Origin: Antedon mediterranea
Lineage: Eukaryota > Animalia > Echinodermata
DNA: 64,000 bases
Direction: 5' to 3'
Assembly: GCF_964355755.1 (NCBI RefSeq)
Contig: NC_092673.1
Location: forward strand, 18,225,648 to 18,289,647
The number at the start of each line of letters is the position of its first letter. Position 1 is the stretch's first letter. Position numbers and translations under genes: made by a program. Below, piece by piece: positions 15,701-30,700 of this stretch. The notes beneath the pieces are model-generated. The model searched no databases and was not told where the DNA came from. It saw nothing but the letters and a program-made list of their open reading frames with translations.

Positions 15701-18700
15701 TTTTGGGAAAAAACAAAGCAAAGGGAGTTCACAAACCAACTATCCTTATTGTGGGTACACATAAGAGCAAGCTTGGTAAGACTGAAAAAGAACAAATTGA
15801 TGAGGTAATCTACTACTTCTATGTTTACGTTTACTGAAATTATTAACTAGCAAGAATACATTGCAGGTTTATAGGCAAATTAATGTAAAGAAACTGACAA
15901 CTGGAATAGTGTATCAATTAATTTATATATATTATTATTTATTATAATTCATAAAGAAGTTTTTGAATATTAATTAGAATAAATTACAGTAAATTGACCC
16001 ATGTCCTACATTTTTTATTATTAGTCAAAAAAGGTATTTAAAAAGCTTCGACATGCACTTAGAGAGAAAGTGTATGAAGAACATGTCTACCACAAATATT
16101 TTGCCATTGAAAACAGTGAAGAAACAACAGATGAGAGCTTTAGTGAACTCAAAAAGGTTATTGATGAGTTTATGTCAGATTTAGAAAAGGATGTTCCTTT
16201 GAAGTGGATGCGTTTTCGATGTGACATACATAAACTAAGGACAGAAAAACACTTTTCTTTGTGTCCTGTTGAAGAGGTAAATTTATGTTAGTGTTTTGTT
16301 TTCAGAATAGAAATGTGTTGAAAATAATAAATCTAAAAAAGCATAAACAAGAGAATCTTCCCACAAAAACAATATTGATTGGTAATATGGTCCTAATCAT
16401 GTCTGAAAGAATCATGAGCCAGACCACTTGTAATATTACCTGGAATATTCACTGCAATGTTACCTCAGTGATGGCGCCAGGGAGGGTTAGTTGGCTACGG
16501 GGGCTCTAGCCTCTCGTCGGGGAGCCTAGAATATGCCCCAGCAACCACTACAGCAAAATTATGTTCACGATCTATTGTTTGTCTGTTCACCAATTTTTTA
16601 ATTTACAATTAACCCTTGGGGTACCTAAAATACACATTTCACTGTATGCCTACATTTTTAAACAAAAAAAACCATTTTATTTTCGTTTAGCCAACATCTT
16701 TATTTAAGTTATTACATACTTACTTACATATTTCATTAACTTCTCATCGTACAATATGGTACGCACGCATATACATCTTGGAAATAAACTGATTTCACCT
16801 ACGGAAAATGGTCTATGCTTGCGGATGCATTCCCCTCCAAATAAAAGCCAAAAGGGCCACCTTTTTAGGCCTCTAGGCCTGATATTTTTTTAATATAAGT
16901 GTCATTTTTGTAAATTTGCAGCTCTAGTTTTCAAAATTTTCATTTCGTTTCATATTTCGAAGTACCATACTAATTGCATCCTTAGGCAAGATGCTTTACT
17001 CTCATTGCCTAATCTGGTAGGCGCTGCACTGCTGGCTGCCGTGGGTCCGTGGAGGGCCTAATCCTAATTTCCTCACTGAGGACAAATATTAATACAAAAT
17101 ACAAATACAAAATACAAATACAGTCAGTGCATTGTATAGGGACCTAAGAGCTCTATTTTTTTTTAGCTCAGTCCCAACTATGAGGTAGGGCTGGTCCTGG
17201 AGAAATATATATATATTTTATATAATCAAAAGATTTTATCCTGTAAAGGACAACAATGTTGTTACAAATGCATACCTACCTATGATTTCATATTTGATTT
17301 AAATCTGAATAGTAATAACATTTTTCTTTAGCTTAAAATTCTAGCAAGTGAGAATGGTATTGCAGATGAATCAATCCTTCTTACCTTCCTGTATGATCTT
17401 GGTGAAATTGTTTACATGCCTGACAACAAATTATTGACAGATAAAGCAGTGTTGGATCCAATGCAGCTAGTGGAAATTGTTACTGCTTTTGTAACAGTCA
17501 TTACACCTGAAATTCCAGTAAGTAGGTTCATAAAAAATTTAATTCAGTGTTCCTTGGGGAATAGAGGTATATGTGAATTCCTATAGGCACTGTAGTATCA
17601 AAAGCAATAGCTGACAGTTACATAGAGTGGTATATTGCATATTAGATTTGAAATATTAGATGTGTATGGGCTAAACTATGTCATTTCATCTCTAAGTATT
17701 TATCCATATTATGTTTTTTTTTAAAACATAATTCCTGCATCCCCTTCAGATTCTAACACAAAATTATAAGTATGGCTAGTTAGTGGTGTTTTTTTTTAGC
17801 TTCCCATGTTTAGGAAAGCTTTTGATAATCTTGACAAAGGCATACTGGAGGAAGACTTGTTGCTTGAATTATGGAAAGAGCGTAAAGTTGACGATGGAAA
17901 GAATTTCAAGTTCCTTGTAGCACTGATGATTCAATTGGGTTTCATTTGCAAGAGGGAGACAACCAGCAGCCAAGATAGGGCAAGTACATCTACAGTAGGT
18001 TTTGTTACCTTATCTTTTCTAACATGTTTTGCATGCAATAGTATGTATAAATAATGATTTTTGGTATGATAAATATATACATTCATTTCATTATTGAAAT
18101 TTTACATAACATTTTAAAACATTTTTAGGCTTCATAAATATTTTGATTAAACTTTCTGCTGAAGATCTTTAAACATGTACAGGAAATGATCTTTAGTTTT
18201 CATTAAAATAATTGTAAATGACATTTTACAAATCAACAATTTCAGGAATCTGTTGGAAAGCGATCATTTTTTGTGCCACTACGCCTTGCCTTTAAGACAT
18301 CAAGTGAAGTGAAAGCAGTGCCTGATAAATTTCCAGCTATCAGTATATATTACGACTTTAAGGGATATCTGCCAGATGTATTGTTTCCATACATGATTAT
18401 TGATTTCCTCAACAAATTTCAAAAGGAAGGCGTTGACCCAATACTGTCATATAATCATGCTGCACTTTACTTCAACCAAGATCATCATGTGACCTTATCT
18501 CTTGTCAAATTTGTGACTACGGAGGATGAAAGAAATTTCTTGTTAAAGGTAGGGCTACTGTATCATATATTTTCTTGTGATTATGTCATAATTTAATCTA
18601 AGCATAAACTCAAATTCAGATATCAAAACATACATTTTCTTCTTTTTTTTCAGGTGACTATTAAAAGAACAAATGCTCTTAATGAAACAAGTAATGAGGA

Positions 18701-21700
18701 ACCCTCTTCTGAAGCATGTAAAGAGGTATTGTTTCATCAGTTTGGACAACTATATAATTTTGTTATAGATATTGTTGTTGATATTTGGTTAATAAGTTAA
18801 TAAAGTTAATAACTTTAATATTTAAAATCATTTTTGTGGAGTGCTTTTAGAGGTTTCGTTTTAATTTGTCATTGTATTTTGGTGTTTTAGATAATAAAAA
18901 ACAGTCTATAGCTAAAATGAAAATCTACCACTTATAGAATTAAACTTGATGTGTAATTTCAGTTATTAATAATTATAATATTAAATAAATTACAATATTC
19001 AATAATAACAATTGATTTATGGAAACTTCTATATTAAAAAAAATTACAATGATATAATCTTAATATAATATCAATTTAAAGTGTGAGCAACTTAAGGTAC
19101 AGTTGTTAAAACTAGTTGCATTGGCTTTTCATTGCAATAGATGCAGATCAATAGCACAGCAAAATTGAATGAATATTTTATTTTATCTTTGTTAAAGATT
19201 TTGTATGTACAATTTTGATAGTGATAATTCACCTAAGATGTTTATTTTATTTATTGTTGTACTTTTCCCTCTTGTAGACCCAACTGTTGTTATATTGAAA
19301 GAGTTAATAAACACAACATTTTAAAAATGTGTGTTGCTGATTCAAAGGTTGCTACATTGGGTTATATTGGTCAATTGCAGTTCTTAATCAACATTCAATT
19401 AATATCTTTAGGTTTTGTTAACAATCCAGAAGTCATTTGAACCTACTAAAGATGGTGGTAGAAGAGGGATTCAATATGAGAGATGCATACTTTGTGAATG
19501 TAGTAATACATCAGAAAAGAAGCACATTCAAAATCTTGAAGATTTCCAGCATGAGAAGTTGACATGCTCCAAAACTGGCGTTTTTTTTACGATGGATGTT
19601 ACACGTTACAAGCGGCTATTAGGAGGTAACAATAATAATAGTGACATAAGAATAGGAAGAGATTCAGCAGTAGCAATAAATAATAATACAATTAGGGCCT
19701 GTCCACACGTACGGCGTAAGCCTGACGTCAGCGGTGGTGCCAGGATCTTTCCGGGAGCTAAATACTCCGACCCCGAAGCCCCCAGAAGCAACGCATTATA
19801 GTGTAATTTGAGGCCGTTTTAATCAGATTTAGGGTAGCCAACTTTTTTCCATTTTTTATGGTACATAAATAAAATACTGTGTGAAAAACACATTGCACGA
19901 GATCCGATGCGATGACTGTGTAAATCCATTCTTTCAAATTTAAAAATGAAGTTTTTAAAGTTCAATATGCCTATCATAGAAAATATATGCGAACGTAAAA
20001 CCAACCCACGGGCCAAGAGGTATCGTTATAATCGCAGAGACGTAGGCAGGTTGCTGTATGAAGGTGCGAAAATTGTAAAGGTGCGAGACTCAACACCTAT
20101 AGGCTGATCTGTAAGAACATTTTGAAAAATAGACCTGCTAGGTACCTGGAAATTTCACTTATATAGGTCCATATTGATAAATGAAACGAAACTATAAGTC
20201 TACAGAACCAGACCGCCATGGATGGTTGGGTGGAGCTAAGAAAATTGTCAAAAATAGAGCTGCTAGGTCCCTGCAAAACATTGAAATATGAAACGAAATT
20301 ATAGGTCCAGCCCACCATGGTTGGGGGGGAGCTAAGAACATTTTGAAAAATAGAGTTGCTAGGTCCCGGAAATTTAACTTATTACACTTCGAAACATAAA
20401 ACAAAATATATACCGGTACGTCTCCAGAACCAGCCATACCATGGAAATAAAAAAAAATTGAAAAAATATAGCTCTAGGTTCCCAGACAATGCACTAACTG
20501 TATATTGTACATCGGAATATCAAACGAAATGTATCCTTGACAAGCTCTATAATTGGGGACGGTTGAGCTAATTTTGAAAACTAGAGCTGTAAGGTCTTCA
20601 AAAATTACACTTATACTTTTAAAAAATTCAGGCCTTAGAGGCCTAAAAAAGTAACCCTTTTTACCTTTTATTTGGAGGGGAATGCGTCCGCAAGCGTAGA
20701 CCATTTTCCGTCGGGGAAATCAGTTTATTTCCCAGATGTGAATCTGGAATTCCAATGTACGATGAGCAGTTCATGACATACAGGACATTGGAAATGTAAT
20801 AACTTAGCTATAAGATGTTGGCTAAACGAAAATAGCATGTTTTTTGTTTAGTAATGTAGGCGAGCCTACAGTGAAACGTCTATTTCAGGTACCCCACGGT
20901 ACAGAGGGTTAATCGTAAATTAAAAAATTAAACATACAAACAATAAAATAGATCGCGAACATAATTCGTACCCTTTTACTGTATAGCGTACGTCGATACA
21001 TAAGTACACGTCGGTAAACTTCGCCTGTAAAGTAACTACAGTACACATTCTGGTCCCTGGATGGAACATGATATCACACGTAAACCGCAATGGTCCGGGC
21101 CCAATGTTAAACGATTCGTACAAAGGGACACCGCCAGACAAGTGCGTACCTATTGTTTATTAGATTGCTGGCAATAATGCATGCATAATAAAGTGTAATA
21201 GCCCTCCGACGTACTTAACAAAAATGGAACGTCGCTGTTTTCTAGGCACTGAAGCTACGAAGTGAACGAGAACGATTTTTACTGTATGTTATATTCCCCG
21301 ACGAAAACTACTCGCGTTCCACGACGGGGGAGGGCTAGGCTCCCCGACGAGGGGGGCTACAGCCCCGTAACCCCCCCGCTGGCGCCACCACTGCCTGACG
21401 TACGCCTTGCGTAGCCTAGGCAGTGGCGTTATTAAAGACAGCTGCATACCCCACCTTAACTAGCCCCATGGAGCTAACTCCAGTGATGCTTGAATAATTT
21501 TGACCTTATTTAAGGATATTTCATGTTTTTACTGTATCTATTGTAAATGTTATTGCTGCATACCCCACCTTAACTAGCACCATGGAGCTAACTCCAGTGA
21601 TTTCAAGATATTTACCAAATACTTCATGTTTTTACTGTATCTATTGTAAATGTTATTGCTGCATACCCCACCTTAACTAGCACCATGGAGCTAACTCCAG

Positions 21701-24700
21701 TGATTTCAAGATATTTACCAATTACTTCATGTTTTTACTGTATCTATTGTAAATGTTATTGCTGCATACCCCACCTTAACTAGCCCCATGGAGCTAACTC
21801 CAGTGATTTCAAGATATTTACCAATTACTTCATGTTTTTACTGTATCTATTGTAAATGTTATTGCTGCATACCCCACCTTAACTAGCCCCATGGAGCTAA
21901 CTCCAGTGATTTCAAGATATTTACCAATTACTTCATGTTTTTACTGTATCTATGGTAAATGTTATTGCTGCATACCCCACCTTAACTAGCACCATGGAGC
22001 TAACTCCAGTGATTTCAAGATATTTACCAATTACTTCATGTTTTTACTGTATCTATTGTAAATGTTATTGCTGCATACCCCACCTTAACTAGCCCCATGG
22101 AGCTAACTCCAGTGATTTCAAGATATTTACCAATTACTTCATGTTTTTACTGTATCTATTGTAAATGTTATTGCTGCATACCCCACCTTAACTAGCCCCA
22201 TGGAGCTAACTCCAGTGATTTCAAGATATTTACCAATTACTTCATGTTTTTACTGTATCTATGGTAAATGTTATTGCTGCATACCCCACCTTAACTAGCA
22301 CCATGGAGCTAACTCCAGTGATTTCAAGATATTTACCAATTACTTCATGTTTTTACTGTATCTATTGTAAATGTTATTGCTGCATACCCCACCTTAACTA
22401 GCCCCATGGAGCTAACTCCAGTGATTTCAAGATATTTACCAATTACTTCATGTTTTTACTGTATCTATTGTAAATGTTATTGCTGCATACCCCACCTTAA
22501 CTAGCACCATGGAGCTAACTCCAGTGATTTCAAGATATTTACCAATTACTTCATGTTTTTACTGTATCTTTTGTAAATGTCATTGCTGCATACCCCACCT
22601 TAACTAGCACCATGGAGCTAACTCCAGTGATTTCAAGATATTTACCAATTACTTCATGTTTTTACTGTATCTTTTGTAAATGTCATTGCTGCATACCCCA
22701 CCTTAACTAGCACCATGGAGCTAACTCCAGTGATTTCAAGATATTTACCAATTACTTCATGTATTTACTGTATCTTTTGTAAATGTCATTGCTGCATACC
22801 CCACCTTAACTAGCACCATGGAGCTAACTCCAGTGATTTCAAGATATTTACCAATTACTTCATGTATTTACTGTATCTATTGTAAATGTTATTGCTGCAT
22901 ACCCCACCTTAACCAGCCCCATGGAGCTAACTCCAGTGATTTCAAGATATTTACCAATTACTTCATGTATTTACTGTATCTATTGTAAATGTTATTGCTG
23001 CATACCCCACCTTAACTAGCACCATGGAGCTAACTCCAGTGATTTCAAGATATTTACCAATTACTTCATGTTTTTACTGTATCTATTGTAAATGTTATTG
23101 CTGCATACCCCACCTTAACTAGCACCATGGAGCTAACTCCAGTGATTTCAAGATATTTACCAATTACTTCATGTATTTACTGTATCTATTGTAAATGTTA
23201 TTGCTGCATACCCCACCTTAACTAGCACCATGGAGGTAACTCCAGTGATTTCAAGATATTTACCAATTACTTCATGTATTTACTGTATCTATTGTAAATG
23301 TTATTGCTGCATACCCCACCTTAACTAGCACCATGGAGCTAACTCCAGTGATTTCAAGATATTTACCAATTACTTCATGTATTTACTGTATCTATTGTAA
23401 ATGTTATTGCTGCATACCCCACCTTAACTAGCACCATGGAGCTAACTCCAGTGATTTCAAGATATTTACCAATTACTTCATGTATTTACTGTATCTATTG
23501 TAAATGTTATTGCTGCATACCCCACCTTAACTAGCACCATGGAGCTAACTCCAGTGATTTCAAGATATTTACCAATTACTTCATGTATTTACTGTATCTA
23601 TTGTAAATGTTATTGCTGCATACCCCACCTTAACTAGCACCATGGAGCTAACTCCAGTGATTTCAAGATATTTACCAATTACTTCATGTATTTACTGTAT
23701 CTATGGTAAATGTTATTGCTGCATACCCCACCTTAACTAGCACCATGGAGCTAACTCCAGTGATTTCAAGATATTTACCAATTACTTCATGTATTTACTG
23801 TATCTATTGTAAATGTTATTGCTGCATACCCCACCTTAACTAGCACCATGGAGCTAACTCCAGTGATTTCAAGATATTTACCAATTACTTCATGTATTTA
23901 CTGTATCTATTGTAAATGTTATTGCTGCATACCCCACCTTAACTAGCACCATGGAGCTAACTCCAGTGATTTCAAGATATTTACCAATTACTTCATGTAT
24001 TTACTGTATCTATTGTAAATGTTATTGCTGCATACCCCACCTTAACTAGCACCATGGAGCTAACTCCAGTGATTTCAAGATATTTACCAATTACTTCATG
24101 TATTTACTGTATCTATTGTAAATGTTATTGCTGCATACCCCACCTTAACTAGCACCATGGAGCTAACTCCAGTGATTTCAAGATATTTACCAATTACTTC
24201 ATGTATTTACTGTATCTATTGTAAATGTTATTGCTGCATACCCCACCTTAACTAGCACCATGGAGCTAACTCCAGTGATTTCAAGATATTTACCAATTAC
24301 TTCATGTTTTTACTGTATCTATTGTAAATGTTATTGCTGCATACCCCACCTTAACTAGCACCATGGAGCTAACTCCAGTGATTTCAAGATATTTACCAAT
24401 TACTTCATGTATTTACTGTATCTATTGTAAATGTTATTGCTGCATACCCCACCTTAACTAGCACCATGGAGCTAACTCCAGTGATTTCAAGATATTTACC
24501 AATTACTTCATGTATTTACTGTATCTATTGTAAATGTTATTGCTGCATACCCCACCTTAACTAGCACCATGGAGCTAACTCCAGTGATTTCAAGATATTT
24601 ACCAATTACTTCATGTATTTACTGTATCTATTGTAAATGTTATTGCTGCATACCCCACCTTAACTAGCACCATGGAGCTAACTCCAGTGATTTCAAGATA

Positions 24701-27700
24701 TTTACCAATTACTTCATGTTTTTACTGTATCTATTGTAAATGTTATTGCTGCATACCCCACCTTAACTAGCACCATGGAGCTAACTCCAGTGATTTCAAG
24801 ATATTTACCAATTACTTCATGTATTTACTGTATCTATTGTAAATGTTATTGCTGCATACCCCACCTTAACTAGCCCCATGGAGCTAACTCCAGTGATTTC
24901 AAGATATTTACCAATTACTTCATGTATTTACTGTATCTATTGTAAATGTTATTGCTGCATACCCCACCTTAACTAGCCCCATGGAGCTAACTCCAGTGAT
25001 TTCAAGATATTTACCAATTACTTCATGTATTTACTGTATCTATTGTAAATGTTATTGCTGCATACCCCACCTTAACTAGCCCCATGGAGCTAACTCCAGT
25101 GATTTCAAGATATTTACCAATTACTTCATGTATTTACTGTATCTATTGTAAATGTTATTGCTGCATACCCCACCTTAACTAGCACCATGGAGCTAACTCC
25201 AGTGATTTCAAGATATTTACCAATTACTTCATGTTTTTACTGTATCTATGGTAAATGTTATTGCTGCATACCCCACCTTAACTAGCACCATGGAGCTAAC
25301 TCCAGTGATTTCAAGATATTTACCAATTACTTCATGTTTTTACTGTATCTATTGTAAATGTTATTGCTGCATACACCACCTTAACTAGCACCATGGAGCT
25401 AACTCCAGTGATTTCAAGATATTTACCAATTACTTCATGTTTTTACTGTATCTATGGTAAATGTTATTGCTGCATACACCACCTTAACTAGCACCATGGA
25501 GCTAACTCCAGTGATTTCAAGATATTTACCAATTACTTCATGTTTTTACTGTATCTATTGTAAATGTTATTGCTGCATACCCCACCTTAACTAGCACCAT
25601 GGAGCTAACTCCAGTGATTTCAAGATATTTACCAATTACTTCATGTATTTACTGTATCTATTGTAAATGTTATTGCTGCATACCCCACCTTAACTAGCAC
25701 CATGGAGCTAACTCCAGTGATTTCAAGATATTTACCAATTACTTCATGTATTTACTGTATCTATTGTAAATGTTATTGCTGCATACCCCACCTTAACTAG
25801 CACCATGGAGCTAACTCCAGTGATTTCAAGATATTTACCAATTACTTCATGTTTTTACTGTATCTATGGTAAATGTTATTGCTGCATACCCCACCTTAAC
25901 TAGCACCATGGAGCTAACTCCAGTGATTTCAAGATATTTACCAATTACTTCATGTTTTTACTGTATCTATTGTAAATGTTATTGCTGCATACACCACCTT
26001 AACTAGCACCATGGAGCTAACTCCAGTGATTTCAAGATATTTACCAATTACTTCATGTTTTTACTGTATCTATGGTAAATGTTATTGCTGCATACACCAC
26101 CTTAACTAGCACCATGGAGCTAACTCCAGTGATTTCAAGATATTTACCAATTACTTCATGTTTTTACTGTATCTATTGTAAATGTTATTGCTGCATACCC
26201 CACCTTAACTAGCACCATGGAGCTAACTCCAGTGATTTCAAGATATTTACCAATTACTTCATGTTTTTACTGTATCTATTGTAAATGTTATTGCTGCATA
26301 CCCCACCTTAACTAGCACCATGGAGCTAACTCCAGTGATTTCAAGATATTTACCAATTACTTCATGTTTTTACTGTATCTATTGTAAATGTTATTGCTGC
26401 ATACCCTACCTTAACTAGCACCATGGAGCTAACTCCAGTGATTTCAAGATATTTACCAATTACTTCATGTATTTACTGTATCTATTGTAAATGTTATTGC
26501 TGCATACCCCACCTTAACTAGCACCATGGAGCTAACTCCAGTGATTTCAAGATATTTACCAATTACTTCATGTATTTACTGTATCAATTGTAAATGTTAT
26601 TGCTGCATACCCCACCTTAACTAGCACCATGGAGCTAACTCCAGTGATTTCAAGATATTTACCAATTACTTCATGTATTTACTGTATCTATTGTAAATGT
26701 TATTGCTGCATACCCCACCTTAACTAGCACCATGGAGCTAACTCCAGTGATTTCAAGATATTTACCAATTACTTCATGTATTTACTGTATCTATTGTAAA
26801 TGTTATTGCTGCATACCCCACCTTAACTAGCACCATGGAGCTAACTCCAGTGATTTCAAGATATTTACCAATTACTTCATGTATTTACTGTATCTATTGT
26901 AAATGTTATTGCTGCATACCCCACCTTAACTAGCACCATGGAGCTAACTCCAGTGATTTCAAGATATTTACCAATTACTTCATGTATTTACTGTATCAAT
27001 TGTAAATGTTATTGCTGCATACCCCACCTTAACTAGCACCATGGAGCTAACTCCAGTGATTTCAAGATATTTACCAATTACTTCATGTTTTTACTGTATC
27101 TATTGTAAATGTTATTGCTGCATACCCCACCTTAACTAGCACCATGGAGCTAACTCCAGTGATTTCAAGATATTTACCAATTACTTCATGTATTTACTGT
27201 ATCAATTGTAAATGTTATTGCTGCATACCCCACCTTAACTAGCACCATGGAGCTAACTCCAGTGATTTCAAGATATTTACCAATTACTTCATGTATTTAC
27301 TGTATCAATTGTAAATGTTATTGCTGCATACCCCACCTTAACTAGCACCATGGAGCTAACTCCAGTGATTTCAAGATATTTACCAATTACTTCATGTATT
27401 TACTGTATCTATTGTAAATGTTATTGCTGCATACCCCACCTTAACTAGCACCATGGAGCTAACTCCAGTGATTTCAAGATATTTACCAATTACTTCATGT
27501 ATTTACTGTATCAATTGTAAATGTTATTGCTGCATACCCCACCTTAACTAGCACCATGGAGCTAACTCCAGTGATTTCAAGATATTTACCAATTACTTCA
27601 TGTATTTACTGTATCAATTGTAAATGTTATTGCTGCATACACCACCTTAACTAGCACCATGGAGCTAACTCCAGTGATTTCAAGATATTTACCAATTACT

Positions 27701-30700
27701 TCATGTTTTTACTGTATCTATTGTAAATGTTATTGCTGCATACCCCACCTTAACTAGCACCATGGAGCTAACTCCAGTGATTTCAAGATATTTACCAATT
27801 ACTTCATGTATTTACTGTATCAATTGTAAATGTTATTGCTGCATACACCACCTTAACTAGCACCATGGAGCTAACTCCAGTGATTTCAAGATATTTACCA
27901 ATTACTTCATGTATTTACTGTATCAATTGTAAATGTTATTGCTGCATACCCCACCTTAACTAGCACCATGGAGCTAACTCCAGTGATTTCAAGATATTTA
28001 CCAATTACTTCATGTATTTACTGTATCAATTGTAAATGTTATTGCTGCATACACCACCTTAACTAGCACCATGGAGCTAACTCCAGTGATTTCAAGATAT
28101 TTACCAATTACTTCATGTATTTACTGTATCAATTGTAAATGTTATTGCTGCATACCCCACCTTAACTAGCACCATGGAGCTAACTCCAGTGATTTCAAGA
28201 TATTTACCAATTACTTCATGTATTTACTGTATCTATTGTAAATGTTATTGCTGCATACCCCACCTTAACTAGCACCATGGAGCTAACTCCAGTGATTTCA
28301 AGATATTTACCAATTACTTCATGTATTTACTGTATCTATTGTAAATGTTATTGCTGCATACCCCACCTTAACTAGCACCATGGAGCTAACTCCAGTGATT
28401 TCAAGATATTTACCAATTACTTCATGTTTTTACTGTATCTATTGTAAATGTTATTGCTGCATACCCCACCTTAACTAGCACCATGGAGCTAACTCCAGTG
28501 ATTTCAAGATATTTACCAATTACTTCATGTATTTACTGTATCAATTGTAAATGTTATTGCTGCATACACCACCTTAACTAGCACCATGGAGCTAACTCCA
28601 GTGATTTCAAGATATTTACCAATTACTTCATGTATTTACTGTATCTATTGTAAATGTTATTGCTGCATACACCACCTTAACTAGCACCATGGAGCTAACT
28701 CCAGTGATTTCAAGATATTTACCAATTACTTCATGTATTTACTGTATCAATTGTAAATGTTATTGCTGCATACCCCACCTTAACTAGCACCATGGAGCTA
28801 ACTCCAGTGATTTCAAGATATTTACCAATTACTTCATGTATTTACTGTATCTATTGTAAATGTTATTGCTGCATACCCCACCTTAACTAGCACCATGGAG
28901 CTAACTCCAGTGATTTCAAGATATTTACCAATTACTTCATGTATTTACTGTATCAATTGTAAATGTTATTGCTGCATACCCCACCTTAACTAGCACCATG
29001 GAGCTAACTCCAGTGATTTCAAGATATTTACCAATTACTTCATGTATTTACTGTATCAATTGTAAATGTTATTGCTGCATACACCACCTTAACTAGCACC
29101 ATGGAGCTAACTCCAGTGATTTCAAGATATTTACCAATTACTTCATGTTTTTACTGTATCTATTGTAAATGTTATTGCTGCATACCCCACCTTAACTAGC
29201 ACCATGGAGCTAACTCCAGTGATTTCAAGATATTTACCAATTACTTCATGTATTTACTGTATCAATTGTAAATGTTATTGCTGCATACACCACCTTAACT
29301 AGCACCATGGAGCTAACTCCAGTGATTTCAAGATATTTACCAATTACTTCATGTATTTACTGTATCAATTGTAAATGTTATTGCTGCATACCCCACCTTA
29401 ACTAGCACCATGGAGCTAACTCCAGTGATTTCAAGATATTTACCAATTACTTCATGTATTTACTGTATCAATTGTAAATGTTATTGCTGCATACACCACC
29501 TTAACTAGCACCATGGAGCTAACTCCAGTGATTTCAAGATATTTACCAATTACTTCATGTATTTACTGTATCAATTGTAAATGTTATTGCTGCATACCCC
29601 ACCTTAACTAGCACCATGGAGCTAACTCCAGTGATTTCAAGATATTTACCAATTACTTCATGTATTTACTGTATCTATTGTAAATGTTATTGCTGCATAC
29701 CCCACCTTAACTAGCACCATGGAGCTAACTCCAGTGATTTCAAGATATTTACCAATTACTTCATGTATTTACTGTATCTATTGTAAATGTTATTGCTGCA
29801 TACCCCACCTTAACTAGCACCATGGAGCTAACTCCAGTGATTTCAAGATATTTACCAATTACTTCATGTTTTTACTGTATCTATTGTAAATGTTATTGCT
29901 GCATACCCCACCTTAACTAGCACCATGGAGCTAACTCCAGTGATTTCAAGATATTTACCAATTACTTCATGTATTTACTGTATCAATTGTAAATGTTATT
30001 GCTGCATACACCACCTTAACTAGCACCATGGAGCTAACTCCAGTGATTTCAAGATATTTACCAATTACTTCATGTATTTACTGTATCTATTGTAAATGTT
30101 ATTGCTGCATACACCACCTTAACTAGCACCATGGAGCTAACTCCAGTGATTTCAAGATATTTACCAATTACTTCATGTATTTACTGTATCAATTGTAAAT
30201 GTTATTGCTGCATACCCCACCTTAACTAGCACCATGGAGCTAACTCCAGTGATTTCAAGATATTTACCAATTACTTCATGTATTTACTGTATCTATTGTA
30301 AATGTTATTGCTGCATACCCCACCTTAACTAGCCCCATGGAGCTAACTCCAGTGATTTCAAGATATTTACCAATTACTTCATGTATTTACTGTATCTATT
30401 GTAAATGTTATTGCTGCATACCCCACCTTAACTAGCCCCATGGAGCTAACTCCAGTGATTTCAAGATATTTACCAATTACTTCATGTATTTACTGTATCA
30501 ATTGTAAATGTTATTGCTGCATACCCCACCTTAACTAGCACCATGGAGCTAACTCCAGTGATTTCAAGATATTTACCAATTACTTCATGTATTTACTGTA
30601 TCAATTGTAAATGTTATTGCTGCATACCCCACCTTAACTAGCACCATGGAGCTAACTCCAGTGATTTCAAGATATTTACCAATTACTTCATGTATTTACT

